Source of the DNA: Wallemia ichthyophaga EXF-994
Lineage: Eukaryota; Fungi; Basidiomycota
NCBI RefSeq assembly: GCF_000400465.1
Contig: NW_008806291.1
Coordinates: forward strand, 30,001 to 62,000
DNA length: 32,000 bases
Direction: 5' to 3'
Shown piece after piece: positions 10,921 through 18,410 of this stretch. Each line of letters opens with the position of its first letter. The stretch's first letter is position 1. Under the pieces are notes generated by a model that did no database searches, was not told where the DNA came from, and was given only the letters and a program-made list of their open reading frames with translations. A program made the position numbers and the translations under genes.

Positions 10921-11257
10921 TCAACCCCCAACATTGTTTGAATTGGATTCAGTGGCTGGCTCAGTTTGAAGTGGATTGATTGACCCTGCGAATGATTCAA
11001 CTTGGGTTGTTTCGTTGTTACTACCATCATTCGCTAATCCAGCAACGCCAAATGATGAATCGGAGTGAGTGGAAGGCGTGGGGGTGTTCTTGATACTCCC
11101 ATCGTCAACGCCTTCAAAACCTGCCTGATTCGATCTGGAGAAAGAGTCGCCGTGTGTGTTTACACCGTAGCCCCCTTCATCTGTGGCTGTGAGGGTGTGT
11201 CAGTCATATGAACACCTACCATTTCAATCACTCACTATCATTACTATAATTACTCAT
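10921..11257 (-). CDS. Small acidic Gly/Ser/Asn-rich protein (95 aa), hydrophilin-like; intron 11187-11235; absent from the ORF track
   Basis: ATG 11257, 22-nt exon 1, canonical 49-nt intron GTGAGT..CTGAC..CAG, 266-nt exon 2 ending TGA 10921. Total 288 nt in frame: MSNYSNDTTDEGGYGVNTHG..SNNVGG. Confidence 0.75.
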
Positions 11258-11356
11258 ACTAAATAATCGATAAGATGAATATTTTCACTCTCTTGATAGT
11301 TGTAGTAAATTCTAAAATCAAATCCGAATTGAAACGGTCACCAAATAAAATAAAAA

Positions 11357-12592
11357 ATGGGGCGTAAATCAGCGACCAAGAAGAAGCAAGTGGAGGAAGA
11401 GGAGGAGTATGAGATTGATTCTATTATAGATGCCATGATTGGTGGTGTACGGGGGAGACCTGTAAGTGGTGTACTAGGAGTGATACGCGTGGATATCTTA
11501 TCGAATTCAAATTAGAAAACTCTCAGCTATTTTGTCAGTTGGAAGGTTTGTTATTTTACGCGCGTTTTTTCCCTCTCTCACACTTACCAGGGATACCCAG
11601 AATCTGATAATTGCTGGGTAACGGACGGTGACGCGAACAATGCAAGCGAATTGGTTAAGAAGTTCTGGTATCATAACCCAGACTTATACGTTGATCTCGG
11701 TTTGAAGCCTAACAAGGTGGAGAAGCCACAGTCTCTGATTAATCGCGAGAAAGGCAAGGATATCCAACAGGAGGAGGATTTGAATGACAATAACGAGGAT
11801 CAACAGCACAACCGTACTTTCCTCAATCCTCCTCATTCTCCTGATGAAAGTGACTTGGACAATGGCTTAGACCATGACGTAGACAATCATTCCAATGAGG
11901 ATCATCATCCTGCTATTCCCGCTGATGATGCTGACGATGCTGACGATGCTGACGATGCTGACGATGCTGCCGATGCTGCTCACAGTGATAAAGCTGCTAC
12001 GGTTGATCCTGAGCCTGAATCTGATACTCATTCTCACTCTAAACTCCACTCTCACTCTCAAACTCTCTCTCAGCCTCCCTCTCGCCCTAAAAGAGGCAGA
12101 GGTCGCCCTTCAAAAGCCTCTCTTGGACTAAATCCCACTGAAAAACAAACAAAGTCCAAAAAGTTCAAAATTTCCTCCTATGAGTGGGTTCCCTTGTCTT
12201 TTCTATCACTCCCACTTCTCACAAACTTTCACAGCGATGCTCCACGTTGGGATAACCACCTCGACATCTTGGGCGTCAGTCGCTCAGATGTTCCCGGTGA
12301 AAAAGCCATGTTCAAAGTCCAGTTCGATGATGCGCGTGTCAATGTCTATGGTTTTGAAGAGCTTGTTGAGAGAGCTCCAAAGACAGTGAGCTGGTTAATT
12401 GCAATCTCAAACCCCTCTAACAACCCTCTCAGCTCTGCAGATATCTCTCTATGTACATGGACGTAAGTCCCAAGAAACCATAATCTCACACACTCAAATC
12501 ATCAGTTCGACAAAGCTCAAACAGATAACAGTGAACCGTCTAGACCTCTGAAAAGACACAACCAAGACGGTAAAACGTTTTTTGAAGTTTGA
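11357..12592 (+). CDS. HP1/Swi6-like heterochromatin protein (about 331 aa): chromodomain, acidic hinge with AT-hook, chromo-shadow-like domain; introns 11462-11515, 11546-11590, 12184-12234, 12386-12432, 12463-12505
   Basis: Spliced chromodomain EEEEEYEIDSII..YFVSWKGYPESDNCWV..ELVKKFW with aromatic cage Y/W/Y. Hinge contains KRGRGRPSK. C-terminal WDNHLDILGVSR..APKTLCRYLSMYMDF aligns by eye to the chromo-shadow CPQxxxxFYExxLxF pattern. Spliced length 996 nt is in frame. Confidence 0.8.
11921..11980 (+). repeat. Coding 9-nt minisatellite (GCTGAYGAT)5, encoding (ADD)5-AADAA
   Basis: Read directly in the HP1-like hinge. Confidence 0.95.
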
Positions 12593-12729
12593 GTCGTGTC
12601 GGATTACTTGGTAATCTCTTTTCTTTTTTTTTCACTCGCCACTGTCAATCAAAACTCTACCCGCTAGTTGCTTTCTGTACAATTTAATCAATCTCTACCA
12701 TATAAATTTGTAGTTGTTCATTTTAATCT

Positions 12730-15269
12730 TTACAGCTCCTCATGTACGTGTTGTGTGCCTGCTGCGCTCTCCGGTATAGCTGTGCTGGTTGGGTAATCAG
12801 CCACGTCAAATATCGTGCCATGCGCCGTGTCATTGTCTTTATGTGTGTCAACCAGTGGTGAGTGTTGGATGAATTCTTTCTCGGTGCTCTGTTCAACATC
12901 TTGACTGTTGTCGTCGTTTTCGAAGGGTGTGTGTGGCTCTTGATGGTAATGATCGTATGGCTTTTCTTGTGCGTCCTCCTGCTCCTCTATGCGCTCCTCT
13001 TCTTCCTCTTCTTGCTCGCTCACGTACACCTTCCCCACGCTCGCCACGCGCGACTCAAACTGCTGCTCGAGAGCGACGACCTTGCCAAACACCTCTTCAA
13101 ACAATGGCTCTAACACCAAATCGGTTTCTTGGACATCGCTAAGATGATCGACACGCTCGTCAAAGGTTTGCGTGAGATGGTGATAGTGCATCCAATCGCG
13201 ATAAGTGACACCATCCGTCCAAGCGAGTGTGCTACCAACCTCCCTCTGTGCTCGAGTGAGAAATTCACGCGGCGCGCTAATCGCCTCCCCGATCATCTTC
13301 ACTTCCATCTCATCTATTTCTCCCTGCCAACGCACCATACCGTCCAAAACGTTTTGGGCGAGCTGGCGCAGTTTGTTGGTTACTTTCGTACGGACTGTTT
13401 CTATGTTTTGGGTGTGTGTGTGGTGCTTCTCATCTCCTTGGTCACTAATTTCACTCATTTCCCGCTCGTGGTAGTCGACAAAACCATCCATCAGTCGCTG
13501 GAAATCACTCGTGAGCGATTCGACAGCCTTTTCACTGCTTAGTGTGACTGACGACGCCAATTCTGCGCGCTGCGTCGAGAGACGGTGCATGAATTGGACC
13601 GCACTGGCATCGAGAAGACGAGATAGCTCTGTATGTGTGTCATTGAGTGTCGTAAGTGTTTCTTCCAGATGGGGCGTGGGTTGTGGTGCTTCTGGCACCG
13701 CTGTGCCCGTGCCGCTGTTTTCTTTGACTTGTTCTCCCTCTCCCTCTCCTTGCTTCTCCCCCTCATTCTCACCCTCACTTCCGCTCATGCTTGCGAGGAA
13801 ATAGCTTATCTCATCCGCTGTTTCGCCAGTCGCTCCGTATGTGCTGGCTGTCTGGGGTGTGTTAGTGGGCTGCGCAGTGTAATTTGGTGGGAGCGTGGGG
13901 TATGTGAGAGTATAACAAAGTGTGAGACAGTGTGAGACAGTGTAATAAGAGAATGCGGTAGAATTACACGTGTATGATTGTGTGTTTTGTAAATATACGC
14001 AGGTACGAGAAATGGGAAAGTGAAAAATAATGTCAAAAGAGATGAAAGAGTGAGTGTGCAAATGCTGGAATGGTCAAGTGCTAAAGTCGCAAGTGCCATA
14101 GTACTCACTGCATAATCCACAGTGCTGCATAATAAAGCCTTACTCCACTCACACCCCTTACATCCACCACGACCCCACTAAGGACTCACATTAGAGCGCT
14201 GGACCTCGATCCACTCGGCAAGTCGGCTAAGGACAGGATCAAGGAACTTGCCTTTGAGCGAATGGAAGTGTTTGACGGTAATGAGTTTATCGTCGAGACC
14301 AAATTTGACATACTGACCGAGAGCCAAGCGGGAGATGTGTGATGTTATTCTGTGACTAATAGCGAGCCACTCAGCCACTGCGCGCTTCAAGTACTTTGTG
14401 AGGAATGTGCGTATATGCGGATAGTACGTTTTAGTGTACGACCAAGTTGTTGAAAGTGCCCTGATAGCCTGACGCTGAGAGTATGCGTGCACGACACTTA
14501 AGTGGGGGTGCAGAGCAGTGTAGGTGTTTTGAATTTGCTTATGAGATTGGTTGAGAAGAGAAAAGACACGCTGAGTGTGCTTGTGGGTGGAGATTGGGAG
14601 GTAGTACTTGTCGTGATATACCTTCCAATAACGCATTGCAACACCCTGCCATTCATCATAAACAGGTTTAAACCTATTCGCTAGTCTTCTCGATTGAATT
14701 TCGAGTCGTGGGTGGATAGAAGCGTTGTAGAGGTGCGTGGCACTCTTCTTGGATCTGCTGAGATAAGGTTCGAGCTTAACTAGCTGAGTTGTAATCGGAT
14801 TAAGCTTATTTTGAGCTTGTTGAAGGTGAGGGAGGATGACTGGGTGAACGTGGTCGTAGTAGACGGGTTCAAAGTACTCGACGGTAGACTGATGACGCAC
14901 GCAGAGGTCACTTGAGTCGGGAGTAATTGGAGTGTGGCAGAATAAGTGGGCTAGAAAGGTGTAAAGGAGGAAAAAGAGAGTGAAGCGCTTGACGAGACTT
15001 GTAAGCCTGAAAGGGGATCTGCTTCTAGGTACGGGTTCCACAGGCTGTACACGATTAGACTTTGTATCTGTTTTGACTTGGTCGTGGATGTCCTGTGTGG
15101 TGTTAGCCGTGTTAACCGTGCTAGGCAGTTCAACCAGCTCAACCCAACTCACACTAAAGAGAATCTTATCTGGGAGATTCTCCTGCTTCTCCTGCTTTTC
15201 CTGCTTCTTCTCCTTCTTTTCAGACACTGGAACTGCTGGCGTTGGCTTGTTGAGATTATTTCTAGCCAT
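12730..15269 (-). CDS. She10/Osw7-like single-pass membrane protein with coiled-coil region and C-terminal HEEL (about 713 aa); introns 15093-15152 and 13852-14189 (second intron model uncertain)
   Basis: N-terminal TM FTLFFLLYTFLAHLF followed by Cys residues and helical repeats. The downstream exon carries LAWTDGVTYRDWMHYHHL, which resembles the W-x-DG-[VI]-TY-x-DW-x-x-YH motif I recall for this fungal family (to be verified). Joining phases are compatible. Confidence 0.6.
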
Positions 15270-15328
15270 GGATGCAATTGAACAAGAAGGAATTGATAAA
15301 ATTTTACTGAAAAATACATGAAAACCAT

Positions 15329-16051
15329 TCAAATCAGCCAGTTCTCAACGCTGTCGTCTTCCTTCCACTGCGTAATAAACGTATCTACGAACGGTTTAAC
15401 TAATTTACCGGTGGTTGAGATTCCATCCACTCTTGTGAATGATTCAATGTAGATCATCTTTGGGTGGGGAATTCCAACCAATTTAGCGACCCAGATTGCT
15501 GCAACCAGCGAAACACAGGTAGATGGCCCATTCATTATCAACATATCGCCCAAGTGAGGTGAAGGTGCATCTGTAATGCTGTTAGAGCGTGTTGATGAGG
15601 GATTTGATATATCTGGTGGTGGTAGAATACTCAAACTCAAGCATTGGATGAATGAGACAAACAAATTTCCAGGTAGCTTGGAGTAACCCTCTCCAACGCC
15701 TCTTAAGCGGTGTAGATACTTGATAGCGTAGTATCCACTATCAGTCCAATCCAATGTAGCCGCTGTTTGCTTGAAATTTTCAAGTTCAACGACTCTATTA
15801 GTGGTAAGGGTGTCTCCGGAGTGGATCAGCCACAACCTAGGCGTGTACACCTTGAACATTAAAGCATCAATCATCTTCAATAACTCGGCGGAATGACCTC
15901 CACTTCCCATCATGACCGATATAGACACCTTTTCTCCAGGCTTCTTGTTCACTTTAGCAGAAGCACCGGATCTGAACTGGTTGATAGTGATCAAGCACTT
16001 GCCTAGAAGGAATAGCACTGCTGCTGCTGCGATTGAAATGTATTTATTCAT
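15329..16051 (-). CDS. ALG14: UDP-N-acetylglucosamine transferase subunit Alg14 (240 aa)
   Basis: N-terminal TM, VMMGSGGHSAEL, MNGPSTCV, IYIESFTRV..STTGKLV..FITQW. Confidence 0.93.
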   Translation of the reverse strand: MNKYISIAAAAVLFLLGKCLITINQFRSGASAKVNKKPGEKVSISVMMGSGGHSAELLKMIDALMFKVYTPRLWLIHSGDTLTTNRVVELENFKQTAATLDWTDSGYYAIKYLHRLRGVGEGYSKLPGNLFVSFIQCLSLSILPPPDISNPSSTRSNSITDAPSPHLGDMLIMNGPSTCVSLVAAIWVAKLVGIPHPKMIYIESFTRVDGISTTGKLVKPFVDTFITQWKEDDSVENWLI

Positions 16052-16092
16052 CCGTGTGCGTCCTTGGTGGTCGTAGCACTCGAACTATCAAC

Positions 16093-16515
16093 ATGGTTTG
16101 TTATTATAGTGTGTTATATTACCATTTCTAATACCACTCAAAGCCAGCTACTCTCGAATCCATCCACCCCGGCGACGGTAAAAACTTCCCAAAGCCAGGC
16201 CAAACTATCACCATGCACTACCACGGTACTCTGCTCGATGGCTCTGTATTTGACAGCTCTTACAGAAGAGGACAGCCATTTTCATCCCCAATTGGAATTG
16301 GAAGGTTGATTGGCGGTGAGTGATAGTGCTGACGTGTATGCCGGCGTCTAATCCGTCCTACAGCTTGGGATCAATGTGTACCTCAAATGTCTATCGGCCA
16401 AAAGGCAATCATCACTGCCACCCCTGAAGTTGGCTACGGTGAAAGAGGTTTCCCCCCAGTGATTCCACCAAACGCAACTCTCAAATTCGAAGTTGAATTG
16501 CTTGCTATTCAATAG
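16093..16515 (+). CDS. FPR1: FKBP12 peptidyl-prolyl isomerase (108 aa); introns 16096-16143, 16316-16363; missed by the ORF track
   Basis: Spliced product [81 protein letters not shown]. Exon 1 is the ATG alone. Confidence 0.95.
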
Positions 16516-16701
16516 ACTCGTTTTATTGGTGTTGAAAGCGTCTTCTAGGTGTGTTTGTACGCGTCTTCTAGCTCTTTTTCAACGCGTTTTTCTTTTTACA
16601 ACTTTCATTGTACACATGTCAATTTTCATTTGAACGGTGTCTTAACATTCATAAGTACTGTTTGTGAGTATTTATCCTTCCTTTCCCTCTCAAATCCCCT
16701 C

Positions 16702-18336
16702 ATGAAGAAACACAATCCATTCCAGGTTCCGCTCTCGACGCAGCGATATGTAGAGGTTTACAACGTACTCAACCAGCACAACTGTACAAAGGTGTGATAG
16801 GTGCTGTGACCTGCTGTCTTCTCACAATCCACCTAGCTTCTCGACCTCGGTTCTGGCGCTGGCAGTCTACTCCTCGAGCAGCTCCTCAAGCCTCCGATAA
16901 GTCTCGATGACGATGCACTCCGCCTCGCCCACTACCACGCACTTGACAGCGACCTCGCCGAGCTAGACGCTCTCTCACGCCTACTAGCCTCGCACCGCGA
17001 CGCCACTCTACGCTGGTCCACCGACCTCACTCTCCGCCTTTACCACGCCGATTTCGCAGCTACGTTCCACCCCGCCTTCCGCGCACTAGACGCCATCGTT
17101 GCCGTGGAGGTGCTCGAGCATATGCAAGAGTCTGTACTGGCGCAGACGATGCAGCTCATCCTAGGCACATACAGCCCACCCCTTTTCATCGCTACAACCC
17201 CCAACTACGACTTCAACCCACGCTTCACCTCCCCTGCACGCGTCGTGGACCCTACCGGACGCACCGACAGGCTTTTCCGTCATCCTGATCATAAATTCGA
17301 GCTGGGCGTGCGGGAGTACACACAGTGGTGCGCGCATTACGCCCGTTTGTTCGGTTATAATGTCTCCGTGTATGGCGTCGGCGAGTCTATCGCGCAGAAC
17401 CTCAATCCACCCAGTACCGATCCACGCGTCGATGACCGCTATCCGAGTCAAATTGCCGTGTTCAAGCGGGTGCGGTGTGCGGGCAGGATTAATACTGAGA
17501 ATACTGCGAATACTGAGGAAAGTGACCTCACCCAACCCACGCAACTCCCGCCCCTCCATTCCTCCTACACGCTCCCGAGCGCCGCGGAGCATTTGTCGCG
17601 GAGCAGCAAACTCAACGCCGGAACACCCGGAACACCCGGCACACCCGGCACACCCAACACACACGCAATCCTCACCCACCTCTACTCCCTCCTCGATCTC
17701 CCGTTCGGCGGGAGCAGGGTGGTCGTAGCATCTGCGCTCAGTCTCTGGGACACGCACATGCAGCTCCTCTGCAGAGGCGTTTTCGCCACGCTCCTCGACG
17801 CCGTCAGAAACAGCGGCAAGTATGGCGGTGAGGTGTCGACACTGGATGTAGACGGGGTGCGCGAACATAGCAGCCAACTCAGCGAGCATAGCAATCACAG
17901 CAATCACAGCCAACACAGCCAACACAGCGGAGACGCCTGGTTTATCTTGGCGAAAAACAGCTCCGACACACCCTCCATCGTCTACCGCCAGAGCGTCACG
18001 GACGTGCTCCATGCAGACACACTCGCCGCTGAGATGCGCGATAAGCGCAAAACACCCAAGGATAAAGAGAGAGAGCGGCAGCAGGAGGAGAAACAAGTGG
18101 ATGAGAGATTGGAGTTTGAGAAGGAGCAGCTGGTGGAAAACAGTGAGTATGGCTCCTCCCCTACACACAGCAGCTCTTGTTTGTCAGATAGATACGGTGA
18201 CACTGACGCCGTCCTCGCTAACCTCCAGCTCAATCTTTGGAAAGCAGACCCTGTGTGGTCTCAAGATGCCGCCAATGCCGCCGATGGCTCCAATGCGGGA
18301 TGGGGCGATGCCGATGCAAATCCCACTTGGTCGTAG
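16702..18336 (+). CDS. HEN1: HEN1-like small-RNA 2'-O-methyltransferase (about 529 aa) with a long low-complexity C-terminal extension; intron 16792-16836
   Basis: FQVPLSTQRY, SAM motif I LLDLGSGAG, DAIVAVEVLEH, TTPNYDFN and FRHPDHKFEL are the HEN1 methyltransferase signature motifs. Confidence 0.9.
17491..17928 (+). repeat. Three separate coding 9-nt tandem repeats in HEN1: (AATACTGMG)3 17491-17517, (GGMACACCC)4 17620-17655, (AGCVAKCAY/AGCCAACAC)5 17881-17925
   Basis: Read directly; they encode NTE-NTA-NTE, (GTP)4 and SEH-SNH-SNH-SQH-SQH. Confidence 0.9.
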
Positions 18337-18410
18337 CCTATGTCTTATTATTTGCAATCTTCTTGGCGCATTTATTTATAAAGACAGTGTTTCTTACATG
18401 CCTCACCCAC

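Noticed and set aside
15329-15332. TTGA overlap of the ALG14 stop with an ORF-track start, as bacterial-style translational coupling
   Set aside because: Eukaryotic context. The ORF-track start is a TTG, and the plausible start is ATG 15269.
17161-18168. 335-aa antisense ORF over HEN1 (similarly 6424-7032, 8318-8737, 13129-13542, 18913-19623)
   Set aside because: Shadow ORFs expected from GC-rich codon usage. They have no recognisable motifs and mirror the sense-strand repeats.
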